A stretch of 64,000 nucleotides of DNA from the NCBI RefSeq assembly GCF_003334305.1, contig NZ_QOWS01000012.1. The stretch is one strand, 5' to 3'. Below, in pieces: positions 30,986 to 40,916 of the stretch; the stretch's first letter is position 1, and each line of letters begins with the position of its first letter. The translations under genes were made by a program, and so were the position numbers. The notes under the pieces were generated by a model that saw only the letters and a program-made list of their open reading frames with translations, was not told the origin of the DNA and made no database searches. Origin of the DNA: Escherichia coli. GTDB lineage: Bacteria > Pseudomonadota > Gammaproteobacteria > Enterobacterales > Enterobacteriaceae.

Positions 30986-32317
30986 ATGAAACTGACAATA
31001 AATGAAAAGATAGGTTTTGGTGCCGGTGATATGGCCATTGCGATAGTAATGATGTCTTTAGCCATGATCATCACTTATTTTTACACGGATGTATTTGGTC
31101 TGAAACCCGTCGACTTAGGTATTCTGTTATTTTCTGTACGTATTCTTGATGCTGTGATTGATCCAGTTGTGGGAACAATGACAGACATAACGAATACACG
31201 TTGGGGAAAATATCGGCCATGGTTGCTTTTTATGTCAATACCGTTTGGGATAAGCATTTGGTTGATGTTCACCACACCTGATACCGATTATTCAGTTAAG
31301 CTTTTATGGGCCTGGGCTACCTATGTGTTACTTACCTTGACCTATACGTTAATCGCTATTCCTTATGTTTCATTAATCAGCGTTATCACGGATGATCCAC
31401 AAGAGAGATTGAGCGCCAATGGTTATCGTTTTGTTATGACAAAAATTGCCATGTTCGCCGTAACAATTATTGTTCCTTTATCTGCAATGTATCTTGGGAA
31501 GAATAACGTACAACTGGGTTATCAAATAGCAATGGGGACAATGGGTATTCTGGCAACGTGTTTATGCCTGTATTGTTTTTTTAGCGTGAGAGAGCGCATC
31601 TACCATCCAAAACCCAGTCTCGGTATGGCCGCGCAGTTTCGGTTACTGATCAAAAATGATCAATGGCTCATTTTGGGCGCTGTAATTGCGATCATTATGT
31701 TTGGCGGGATTATTCGTAACTCTGTCGCTGCATATTATGCAAAATATTACCTGAGTGGTGGGGATGCTTTAATTTCACCGTTTTTAACTTCAGGCGTGAT
31801 CGCCTCAGTTCTGGCTATGATCGCTTGCACCTGGCTTACTCGTCTCTATGACAAAATAAAAATATTTCGTTATACCCAATTACTGGCGTTCGTGGTGGGT
31901 GGTGCGATGTATTTCGTGCAACCAAATTCTATAGTGCTAGCTTTTACATTTTATATTGTGGTGACTTTCCTGACGGATATCCAGCTTCCCATTTATTGGG
32001 CATCCATTGCTGAGTCCGTGGATTACGGTGAAATGAAAACGGGGCAACGTGTTTCTGGCCTGGCATTTGGCGGGATTCTCTTTTTCCAAAAGTTCGGTAT
32101 GGGGCTGGCAGGGGGCTTTATCGGAATCGCTTTAGCCTATCTGGATTATCAACCAGGCGTAGAACAAACACCACAGGCGCTGTGGGGGATCTGCCTGTTA
32201 ATGACGATCATTCCCGCGATACTTAACCTGCTTACCGGACTCATCATGAGATTTTATCTGATTAATAATGAATATTACGAACAGATAAAAGCACGGTTAC
32301 AAACGGCGGAAGAGTGA
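30986..32317 (+). CDS. GPH-family (glycoside-pentoside-hexuronide:cation) symporter
   Basis: 443 aa from MKLTINEKIGFGAGDMA with about 12 TM segments. It carries the RWGKYRPWLL loop signature of MelB/YicJ-type carriers. The GTG at 30977 is an alternative start. Confidence 0.85.
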   Translation: MKLTINEKIGFGAGDMAIAIVMMSLAMIITYFYTDVFGLKPVDLGILLFSVRILDAVIDPVVGTMTDITNTRWGKYRPWLLFMSIPFGISIWLMFTTPDTDYSVKLLWAWATYVLLTLTYTLIAIPYVSLISVITDDPQERLSANGYRFVMTKIAMFAVTIIVPLSAMYLGKNNVQLGYQIAMGTMGILATCLCLYCFFSVRERIYHPKPSLGMAAQFRLLIKNDQWLILGAVIAIIMFGGIIRNSVAAYYAKYYLSGGDALISPFLTSGVIASVLAMIACTWLTRLYDKIKIFRYTQLLAFVVGGAMYFVQPNSIVLAFTFYIVVTFLTDIQLPIYWASIAESVDYGEMKTGQRVSGLAFGGILFFQKFGMGLAGGFIGIALAYLDYQPGVEQTPQALWGICLLMTIIPAILNLLTGLIMRFYLINNEYYEQIKARLQTAEE

Positions 32318-32325
32318 AAATAAAT

Positions 32326-32352
32326 GGCCGGCAAGCAGCACCGGCCTCTTTT
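32326..32352. terminator. Bidirectional terminator between the symporter gene and ygiN
   Basis: Stem ggccgg / ccggcc with a 9-nt loop, then tctttt. Confidence 0.65.
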
Positions 32353-32360
32353 CAGAAATA

Positions 32361-32675
32361 TTAAATCCCTGGCTGCAGAATACGAATATTCATCTCCAGC
32401 ACGTCGCCTTTTACGGCTTCGCTGTACGCCTTCATGTGCGGGGTTTGCAGATGCGCTTCAAGATGCGCGATGCTTTCCCACTGCTCAATCATCACGATAG
32501 AATCCGGTGCCATAGACTGGAAACTCACGCCAGCAGCGCAATCCACCATTGGCGCATAGCCGTGGCAACCTTCTTCTTTCAGTACGGTTGGAACGATTTT
32601 AGCAAACTGATCCAATACCGCCTGACGGTGATGTTGACCAGGACGAGTACGGATTTCTGCGATTACGGTAAGCAT
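32361..32675 (-). CDS. ygiN: Quinol monooxygenase (ABM domain)
   Basis: 104 aa matching YgiN. It lies downstream of mdaB on the same strand. Confidence 0.92.
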   Translation of the reverse strand: MLTVIAEIRTRPGQHHRQAVLDQFAKIVPTVLKEEGCHGYAPMVDCAAGVSFQSMAPDSIVMIEQWESIAHLEAHLQTPHMKAYSEAVKGDVLEMNIRILQPGI

Positions 32676-32705
32676 GGTTAACTCCTTCTAAAGCCTGAGC
32701 TCTAG

Positions 32706-33287
32706 TTAACCAAAAATTTCCACAAGATGCTTGCGATATTCTTCAGTATAGCGGGGAACATCAGGCATTTTTATCACGTCATTAGCGATAAATGTCGGCA
32801 GCGGTTCCATACCGAGGAATTGGTTTGCTTTATGGAACGGCAGATACACACCGTCAACGCCAACGCCGTGGAAGAACTGATCTTTTTCGGTGAAGGCTTC
32901 CATTGGTGCGTTCCAGGTTAGAGAAAGCATATATTTTTTGCCCTGTACCAGGCCGCCGGAACCGTATTTTTTCGACGGATCTTTGCGGGTACGACCATCG
33001 CTGGCATACAGTGTTCCATGACCTTCGGTGAATACATCATCAATATATTTTTTCACTGTCCACGGCGCGCCCATCCACCAGCCTGGCATCTGCCAGATCA
33101 CCACATCAGCCCAGAGAAAGTTTTGTACTTCCGCTTTGACAACGTAGTCGCTGTCGGCGCGAACGATGCGGACATCATGCCCGAGGTCGCGCAGTGTGCC
33201 ATCCGCGACTTCGGTCAGGGTGTCGTTCAGTTGACCATTGGAGTGGGCGAATTTTTTCGCGCCGTTGATAATCAGGATGTTGCTCAT
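32706..33287 (-). CDS. mdaB: NADPH:quinone oxidoreductase MdaB
   Basis: 193 aa flavodoxin-like fold protein (MSNILIINGAKKFAHSNGQLN..). Confidence 0.93.
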   Translation of the reverse strand: MSNILIINGAKKFAHSNGQLNDTLTEVADGTLRDLGHDVRIVRADSDYVVKAEVQNFLWADVVIWQMPGWWMGAPWTVKKYIDDVFTEGHGTLYASDGRTRKDPSKKYGSGGLVQGKKYMLSLTWNAPMEAFTEKDQFFHGVGVDGVYLPFHKANQFLGMEPLPTFIANDVIKMPDVPRYTEEYRKHLVEIFG

Positions 33288-33605
33288 TTTTTAACCTCAA
33301 GGTGAGACGTTTGTCGACTATAGTACGTCACAGAGCGGTACGGTGAAATTAGCAAAATGTGCAAAGTCTTTTGCGAATTTAGCAAAAGTCTGATCTAGCT
33401 CTGACTCACCGATGCAGGATAAATATTTTCTGAAAATGACAATACTGATAGCCATTCCTCATAATTCTTACTCGCACCGGAATAATTTACACGTTTGGTT
33501 CGGTTTTTTTTGGGATTGAAAATATGGCTTTGAATAAGTAAAAGATGAAAATATCAACGTGTCATGTTGATAATTATAAATGGATTTTTATGAGCGTACT
33601 GATAT

Positions 33606-33938
33606 ATGTTAAAGCATAAAATTCAAACAATATTTGAAGCTCTGTTATACATAATGCTTACTTATTGGTTAATAGATGCTTTTTTTGCTTTCAATAAGTA
33701 TGACTGGATGCTTGAGTCGGGAGGCAATATTTGCAGTATACCTTCCGTTTCAGGCGAAGATCGTATATTGCAAGCAATGATTGCAGCATTTTTTCTTCTT
33801 ACGCCACTTATTATTCTTATCTTAAGAAAACTCTTTATGCGGGAAATGTTCGAGTTTTGGGTATATGTATTTTCGCTCGGTATTTGTCTGGTTTGTGGTT
33901 GGTGGCTTTTTTGGGGACGGTTTATATTTTGCTATTAG
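33606..33938 (+). CDS. ygiZ: Small inner membrane protein
   Basis: 110 aa with 3-4 TM segments, encoded by an AT-rich gene. Its position between mdaB and qseC matches E. coli. Confidence 0.75.
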   Translation: MLKHKIQTIFEALLYIMLTYWLIDAFFAFNKYDWMLESGGNICSIPSVSGEDRILQAMIAAFFLLTPLIILILRKLFMREMFEFWVYVFSLGICLVCGWWLFWGRFIFCY

Positions 33939-33983
33939 TAAAATCTATGAGAGTCGTTTTAACGGCTCTCATAGACAGAGAAG

Positions 33984-35333
33984 TTACCAGCTTACCTTCG
34001 CCTCAAATCCACCTTGTTCCGCATTCCCAAATTCAACATTCATGCCATGCAATTTGGCGATTCGCTGGACAATCGATAGCCCAAGCCCGCTGCCGGTAGC
34101 GGTTTGTCCGGGTGGGCGATAGAAGCGTTCGCCAATTCGCGCCAGAGCCTCTGGCGTCACACCGGGGCCGTTATCCCTCACGATGAAATTATCAGCATTC
34201 AGCGTGACGTCTATCACGCTGCCCTGTGGACTGTAGCGCACGGCGTTATCCAGCAAATTTCGCACCAACAAACTTAGCAATAGCGGTTGTCCGGTGCGTT
34301 TGATGCCGTGGGCATTGAGTGTCAGTCGCACGTCAATTTTCGCCTGCTGCGCCGTGTGGTAAATATCCATCACCGACGATTGGAGGAGATCTTCAAGCGG
34401 GATCTCCGCGACGTCCTGAAGGTTATCCAGTGAGTCCAGCCGCGATAGAGTGAGCAGTTGATCAACCAGACGAGTAGCGCGATCGATCCCGTAATGTAAT
34501 TGAAGCAGCGCTTTTTTCCGCGCTTGCGGATCATCGTCAGAAAGCTGCGCAACTTCGGTTTGCACTTTCAGCGCCGTTAACGGGCTACGTAGTTCGTGAG
34601 CTGCGTCGGAGGTAAAGCGTCGTTCACGAACCATCATCGCATGTGTGCGGGCGAACAGTTGATTTAGCGACTCAACCAACGGACGCACTTCGCTGGGTAC
34701 GCCAGTCGCGTTTAGTGGTTTTTCCGAGTCAGGGTCACGCATACGCAGCGCCAGCGCCAGTTTGTTCAGCGGCGCGAGTTCACGACCCAATAGTACCATC
34801 ATGATGATTAACATAATCGGCAGTGCGACCAGCCACGGGATCAATTGCCCGGCAACAATCGCCAGCGCCATGTCTTCACGGTATTCCCATTCCTGACCAA
34901 CAACGATGCGATATTTGCCATCAGGTGAGGTCATCCAGACAAAACGCCATTGATCTTTATCGCCCACCAGTTGCCCGTCAGCAAAACCTTCCCGTTGATA
35001 GCTATAAGGAATATCTTCTCCGTTATCGCCATCGTTAAGGACCATTCTGCCGTCGTGGGTAAAGATGGCAAAGGTCAGCGCATCGTCATCAACATGACCG
35101 TGTTTTAATTTATTTGGCGTCTGTGCCATGCGATCCGCCGCGTTGATTTCGTTGAGATCGAGCGTACTTAACCGCTTGGCAAACAGCATCAGTTGGGTGT
35201 CGAACAATTCATCGACGTTATCCGTTGTTTGTTTCCAGGCGACAAAGCTGGAAAGCAGCCAGGTCACCGAGGCCAGAATTAAAAAGATTAGCGTCAGCCT
35301 GACGCGCAGACTAAGACGTTGGGTAAATTTCAT
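33984..35333 (-). CDS. qseC: Sensor histidine kinase QseC
   Basis: 449 aa with 2 TM segments, an H-box ([13 protein letters not shown]) and a HATPase domain. It overlaps qseB by 4 nt. Confidence 0.95.
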   Translation of the reverse strand: MKFTQRLSLRVRLTLIFLILASVTWLLSSFVAWKQTTDNVDELFDTQLMLFAKRLSTLDLNEINAADRMAQTPNKLKHGHVDDDALTFAIFTHDGRMVLNDGDNGEDIPYSYQREGFADGQLVGDKDQWRFVWMTSPDGKYRIVVGQEWEYREDMALAIVAGQLIPWLVALPIMLIIMMVLLGRELAPLNKLALALRMRDPDSEKPLNATGVPSEVRPLVESLNQLFARTHAMMVRERRFTSDAAHELRSPLTALKVQTEVAQLSDDDPQARKKALLQLHYGIDRATRLVDQLLTLSRLDSLDNLQDVAEIPLEDLLQSSVMDIYHTAQQAKIDVRLTLNAHGIKRTGQPLLLSLLVRNLLDNAVRYSPQGSVIDVTLNADNFIVRDNGPGVTPEALARIGERFYRPPGQTATGSGLGLSIVQRIAKLHGMNVEFGNAEQGGFEAKVSW

Positions 35334-35989
35334 TTCTCACCTAATGTGTAGCCAATACCATGCACGGTACGAATAAAATCACTACCGAGTTTGCGTCGCA
35401 GATGATGCACATGCACTTCAACGGCATTACTGGTGACCTCTTCGTCCCAGGTATACAGTTTCTCTTCAATCAGTTTGCGCGGCAGTACCCGACCAGCGTT
35501 ACGCATCAGTAATTCCAGCAGGGCAAATTCTTTTGGTTTCAGTGTTAAGGGTTCGCCAGCCAGCGTGGCGATACGTTTGCCGGGGTCGAGCATGACGTTA
35601 CCGTGGCGCAGCTCGTTGCTGGCCTGGCCGTTGGTTCGGCGCATCAGAGCTTCCAGCCTGGCGGCGACTTCTATCAACGCAAAAGGTTTACACAGATAAT
35701 CGTCAGCTCCCAGACGCAGCCCTTCTACACGTTCCTCCAGCGCATCGCGCGCGGTCAGGATCAGTACCGGCTCACACTGACCTTTTTCTCGCCATTCGCG
35801 CAAAATATCGCGACCATCCATGCCTGGTAAGGTTAAATCCAGGATCACCGCATCATAAGGCGCGCTATAAAGCGCCTCTTTTCCCTGACGACCTTGTGTA
35901 AACCAGTCGACGCTAAAACCCATTTTACTAAGGCCCGTTTTGATGCCGTCGCCAATCAGCATGTCATCTTCTATCAGTAAAATTCGCAT
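35330..35989 (-). CDS. qseB: OmpR-family response regulator QseB
   Basis: 219 aa with a receiver domain (MRILLIEDD.., D51 context [11 protein letters not shown]) and a winged-helix domain. Confidence 0.95.
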   Translation of the reverse strand: MRILLIEDDMLIGDGIKTGLSKMGFSVDWFTQGRQGKEALYSAPYDAVILDLTLPGMDGRDILREWREKGQCEPVLILTARDALEERVEGLRLGADDYLCKPFALIEVAARLEALMRRTNGQASNELRHGNVMLDPGKRIATLAGEPLTLKPKEFALLELLMRNAGRVLPRKLIEEKLYTWDEEVTSNAVEVHVHHLRRKLGSDFIRTVHGIGYTLGEK

Positions 35990-36140
35990 TTTTTCATCCC
36001 TGCGATAACCGTATTTGCTGCCAGTAAACCGTGTTGTAACGCGCTCTGTACAGCACTAAATTTTATTTTTTTCCCTTAAGAAGTTGTTAAGGACTATCTT
36101 GTTAAATGCTCGGAAACAGACATTAAAGGGAGTAATAAAC

Positions 36141-36533
36141 ATGAAAAAATTCGCAGCAGTAATCGCAGTAATGGCCCTGTGCAGCGCACCGGTGATGGCA
36201 GCAGAGCAGGGCGGTTTTTCTGGCCCATCGGCAACGCAAAGTCAGGCCGGAGGATTCCAGGGGCCGAACGGCAGCGTAACGACCGTAGAAAGCGCAAAAT
36301 CCCTGCGTGACGACACCTGGGTAACCCTGCGCGGCAATATCGTTGAACGCATCTCTGACGATCTCTACGTGTTTAAAGATGCCAGCGGTACTATCAATGT
36401 TGATATCGACCACAAACGCTGGAACGGTGTGACGGTGACGCCGAAAGATACGGTTGAGATTCAGGGTGAAGTCGATAAAGACTGGAATTCTGTTGAAATT
36501 GACGTCAAACAGATCCGCAAAGTAAATCCGTAA
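36141..36533 (+). CDS. ygiW: Periplasmic OB-fold stress protein (BOF family)
   Basis: 130 aa from MKKFAAVIAVMALCSAPVMA. An RBS (aaggga) lies upstream. Confidence 0.9.
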   Translation: MKKFAAVIAVMALCSAPVMAAEQGGFSGPSATQSQAGGFQGPNGSVTTVESAKSLRDDTWVTLRGNIVERISDDLYVFKDASGTINVDIDHKRWNGVTVTPKDTVEIQGEVDKDWNSVEIDVKQIRKVNP

Positions 36534-36585
36534 TTGTTACCGCTCCCGGGACGCGTTCCCGGGAATAATTTCGCAGGGAGGCAAA

Positions 36586-37068
36586 ATGACAAACCTGACA
36601 CTGGATGTAAACATTATCGATTTCCCATCAATCCCTGTGGCGATGTTGCCGCACCGCTGTAGCCCTGAGTTGCTCAACTACAGTGTGGCGAAATTTATCA
36701 TGTGGCGTAAAGAGACGAGGCTTTCTCCTGTTAACCAAAGCCAGACTTTTGGCGTCGCCTGGGACGACCCTGCCACCACCGCACCGGAAGCGTTTCGCTT
36801 TGATATCTGCGGCAGCGTTAGCGAACCGATTCCCGATAATCGTTATGGTGTGAGCAATGGTGAACTTACCGGTGGACGTTATGCCGTGGCCCGCCACGTT
36901 GGCGAGCTGGACGATATTTCACACACGATATGGGGCATTATTCGCCACTGGCTGCCTGCAAGCGGCGAGAAAATGCGTAAAGCACCGATTCTGTTTCACT
37001 ACACCAATCTTGCCGAAGGGGTGACAGAGCAGCGACTGGAAACGGATGTTTATGTGCCGTTGGCGTGA
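36586..37068 (+). CDS. ygiV: GyrI-like domain transcriptional repressor-like protein
   Basis: 160 aa with a GyrI/SbmC-like effector domain. It follows ygiW, as in E. coli. Confidence 0.88.
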   Translation: MTNLTLDVNIIDFPSIPVAMLPHRCSPELLNYSVAKFIMWRKETRLSPVNQSQTFGVAWDDPATTAPEAFRFDICGSVSEPIPDNRYGVSNGELTGGRYAVARHVGELDDISHTIWGIIRHWLPASGEKMRKAPILFHYTNLAEGVTEQRLETDVYVPLA

Positions 37069-37613
37069 TGGGGAATCTTTACCGGAGTGTGAGCCAAATC
37101 ACTCGCGATAAGTTTGAGCGAACAATGCCACAGGCGTATTGTTGTTGGGCTTATAATTTCTCCGGTAAGGAATACCATGTATACGCGAAATTTATTATCC
37201 GGTGCGCCGTAAGCCGTCTCGGGGGTATCCATGAGCAAGCCGCACTTATGGCAGGAGGCGCGGGGCACTGGTGGAGACACAGCTAAACTGGGCTGAACCG
37301 TATACTTACAGTCGACTACTTTGATGCTTTAGGCTTCCCTGGACTCGCATAACCTCAACTTCTCGAATCGCCCGGAGCGGACCCCCATGCCGAGTGGTGT
37401 GGCATGGGCGCAACCTTGTGCTGCCCTCTATGCCGATCAAGTCTACAGCAAAGAGTTGTATATCAAGGCACATTGATGCCTTTATCGCCGTCGGAGCACG
37501 TCCGGCGGCGCTATTCACGCTGATCTCCTGTGACTCGACGCGGCAGATAATGTAGTATCTCCGGCAATATTGCCCCTTTGAAGGCTGGCGAATAAGTTGA
37601 GGAATCAGAATTA

Positions 37614-39872
37614 ATGAGCGATATGGCAGAGCGCCTTGCGCTACATGAATTTACGGAAAACGCCTACTTAAACTACTCCATGTACGTGATCATGGACCGT
37701 GCGTTGCCGTTTATTGGCGATGGTCTTAAACCTGTTCAGCGCCGCATTGTGTATGCGATGTCTGAACTGGGCCTGAATGCCAGCGCCAAATTTAAAAAAT
37801 CGGCCCGTACCGTCGGTGACGTACTGGGTAAATACCATCCGCACGGCGATAGCGCCTGTTATGAAGCGATGGTCCTGATGGCGCAGCCGTTCTCTTACCG
37901 TTATCCGCTGGTTGATGGTCAGGGGAACTGGGGCGCGCCGGACGATCCGAAATCGTTCGCGGCAATGCGTTACACCGAATCCCGGTTGTCGAAATATTCC
38001 GAGCTGCTATTGAGCGAGCTGGGGCAGGGGACGGCTGACTGGGTGCCAAACTTCGACGGCACTTTGCAGGAGCCGAAAATGCTGCCTGCTCGTCTGCCAA
38101 ACATTTTGCTTAACGGCACCACCGGTATTGCCGTCGGCATGGCGACCGATATTCCACCGCATAACCTGCGTGAAGTAGCTCAGGCGGCAATCGCATTAAT
38201 CGACCAGCCGAAAACCACGCTCGATCAGCTGCTGGATATCGTGCAGGGGCCGGATTATCCGACTGAAGCGGAAATTATCACTTCGCGCGCCGAGATCCGT
38301 AAAATCTACGAGAACGGACGTGGTTCAGTGCGTATGCGCGCGGTGTGGAAGAAAGAAGATGGCGCGGTGGTTATCAGCGCATTACCGCATCAGGTTTCAG
38401 GTGCGCGCGTACTGGAGCAAATTGCTGCGCAAATGCGCAATAAAAAGCTGCCGATGGTTGACGATCTGCGCGATGAATCTGACCACGAGAACCCGACCCG
38501 TCTGGTGATTGTGCCGCGTTCCAACCGCGTGGATATGGATCAGGTGATGAACCACCTCTTCGCTACCACCGATCTGGAAAAGAGCTATCGCATTAACCTC
38601 AATATGATCGGTCTGGATGGTCGTCCGGCGGTGAAAAACCTGCTGGAAATCCTCTCCGAATGGCTGGTGTTCCGTCGCGATACCGTGCGCCGCCGACTGA
38701 ACTATCGTCTGGAGAAAGTCCTCAAGCGCCTGCATATCCTGGAAGGTTTGCTGGTGGCGTTTCTCAACATCGACGAAGTGATTGAGATCATTCGTAACGA
38801 AGATGAACCGAAACCGGCGCTGATGTCGCGGTTTGGCCTTACGGAAACCCAGGCGGAAGCGATCCTCGAACTGAAACTGCGTCATCTTGCCAAACTGGAA
38901 GAGATGAAGATTCGCGGTGAGCAGAGTGAGCTGGAAAAAGAGCGCGACCAGTTGCAGGGCATTTTGGCTTCCGAGCGTAAAATGAATAACCTGCTGAAGA
39001 AAGAACTGCAGGCAGACGCGCAAGCCTACGGTGACGATCGTCGTTCGCCGTTGCAGGAACGCGAAGAAGCGAAAGCGATGAGCGAGCACGACATGCTGCC
39101 GTCTGAACCTGTCACCATTGTGCTGTCGCAGATGGGTTGGGTACGCAGCGCTAAAGGCCATGATATCGACGCGCCGGGCCTGAATTATAAAGCGGGTGAT
39201 AGCTTCAAAGCGGCGGTGAAAGGTAAGAGCAACCAACCGGTAGTGTTTGTTGATTCCACCGGTCGTAGCTATGCCATCGACCCGATTACGCTGCCGTCGG
39301 CGCGTGGTCAGGGCGAGCCGCTCACCGGCAAATTAACGTTGCCGCCTGGGGCGACCGTTGACCATATGCTGATGGAAAGCGACGATCAGAAACTGCTGAT
39401 GGCTTCCGATGCGGGTTACGGTTTCGTCTGCACCTTTAACGATCTGGTGGCGCGTAACCGTGCAGGTAAGGCTTTGATCACCTTACCGGAAAATGCCCAT
39501 GTTATGCCGCCGGTGGTGATTGAAGATGCTTCCGATATGCTGCTGGCAATCACTCAGGCAGGCCGTATGTTGATGTTCCCGGTAAGCGATCTGCCGCAGC
39601 TGTCGAAGGGCAAAGGCAACAAGATTATCAACATTCCATCGGCAGAAGCCGCGCGTGGAGAAGATGGTCTGGCGCAATTGTACGTTCTGCCGCCGCAAAG
39701 CACGCTGACCATTCATGTTGGGAAACGCAAAATTAAACTGCGCCCGGAAGAGTTACAGAAAGTCACTGGCGAACGTGGACGCCGCGGTACGTTGATGCGC
39801 GGTTTGCAGCGTATCGATCGTGTTGAGATCGACTCTCCTCGCCGTGCCAGCAGCGGTGATAGCGAAGAGTAA
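37614..39872 (+). CDS. parC: DNA topoisomerase IV subunit A
   Basis: 752 aa. It starts with the N-terminal [23 protein letters not shown] sequence and has the active-site AAMRYTE motif. Confidence 0.97.
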
Positions 39873-40104
39873 TATGCCGGGGAGGGCCTGTTTCCTCCCG
39901 CTTGCAAGGAACGCCGGATGAAACGTTAAGTCGTCATCCGGCAGCGTATTCAACCCCCGGAAACGATAAAAATTCCCTTGAAACCGTTGTTTATTCATGC
40001 GTTGCGATTAACAATACGCTTTTCCAGAGAGCGGCTTTTAACAATGCCCTAACCTGATTTCAGGTGACGTACAATGCCAGTCTCTCAGACCTTCAGAGGG
40101 TGTT

Positions 40105-40842
40105 ATGCTATATATCTTTCGTCTTATTATTACCGTGATTTACAGCATCTTAGTCTGTGTATTCGGCTCCATTTACTGCCTTTTCAGCCCGCGTAACCCG
40201 AAACATGTGGCCACCTTTGGGCATATGTTTGGCCGTCTTGCGCCGCTGTTCGGCCTGAAAGTTGAGTGCCGCAAACCTGCAGATGCTGAAAGCTACGGCA
40301 ATGCTATCTATATCGCTAACCACCAGAACAACTATGACATGGTGACAGCATCGAACATTGTGCAACCGCCGACGGTGACGGTAGGTAAAAAGAGCTTGCT
40401 GTGGATCCCCTTCTTCGGGCAGTTGTACTGGTTAACCGGCAACTTATTGATCGACAGAAACAATCGCACTAAAGCTCACGGCACCATTGCGGAAGTCGTG
40501 AATCATTTCAAAAAACGCCGTATTTCCATCTGGATGTTCCCGGAAGGAACCCGCAGCCGTGGTCGCGGCCTGCTACCGTTCAAGACTGGAGCATTTCACG
40601 CGGCAATTGCGGCGAGCGTCCCGATTATTCCCGTGTGCGTCTCTACAACTTCGAATAAGATTAATCTTAATCGACTGCACAACGGTCTGGTGATTGTCGA
40701 AATGCTGCCGCCAATTGACGTCAGTCAGTATGGCAAAGATCAGGTTCGTGAGCTGGCTGCCCATTGTCGTTCGATAATGGAACAAAAAATCGCCGAGCTC
40801 GATAAAGAAGTCGCAGAACGCGAAGCCGCCGGAAAAGTTTAA
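40105..40842 (+). CDS. plsC: 1-acyl-sn-glycerol-3-phosphate acyltransferase
   Basis: 245 aa with the acyltransferase motifs NHQNNYD and FPEGTR. Confidence 0.95.
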   Translation: MLYIFRLIITVIYSILVCVFGSIYCLFSPRNPKHVATFGHMFGRLAPLFGLKVECRKPADAESYGNAIYIANHQNNYDMVTASNIVQPPTVTVGKKSLLWIPFFGQLYWLTGNLLIDRNNRTKAHGTIAEVVNHFKKRRISIWMFPEGTRSRGRGLLPFKTGAFHAAIAASVPIIPVCVSTTSNKINLNRLHNGLVIVEMLPPIDVSQYGKDQVRELAAHCRSIMEQKIAELDKEVAEREAAGKV

Positions 40843-40916
40843 GTCGGCAATCTGTATTTTTGCGGGGAACACTTTCCTGCACGGTATTACTTTAGCCAGT
40901 TTTACATGGAGCAAAT

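Noticed and set aside
37192-37300. GTGCGCC at 37192, which resembles the GUGYG 5' end of a group II intron and is followed by structured-looking sequence
   Set aside because: A 5-7 nt match is expected by chance many times in 64 kb. No reverse transcriptase/maturase ORF, no recognisable domain V/VI and no plausible 3' boundary are present.
37050-37518. ORFs of 70-76 aa in the ygiV-parC spacer (37065-37286 plus, 37050-37280 minus, 37306-37518 minus), considered as possible replacement toxin/antitoxin genes
   Set aside because: They have no Shine-Dalgarno sequences, they mutually overlap on opposite strands, their composition is Cys/His/Arg-rich and odd, and they show no resemblance to MqsR/MqsA or any other TA family I recognise.
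38397-39236. A 279-aa minus-strand ORF inside parC, plus similar long antisense ORFs inside ribB (13079-13750), parE (23096-23785), ygiQ (42800-43890), hybA (58445-59359) and hybC (60686-61636)
   Set aside because: All lie entirely antisense to well-supported conserved genes. Their composition is R/H/F-rich and low in complexity, as is typical of shadow frames in GC-balanced genes, and they lack an RBS. I treat them as artefacts.
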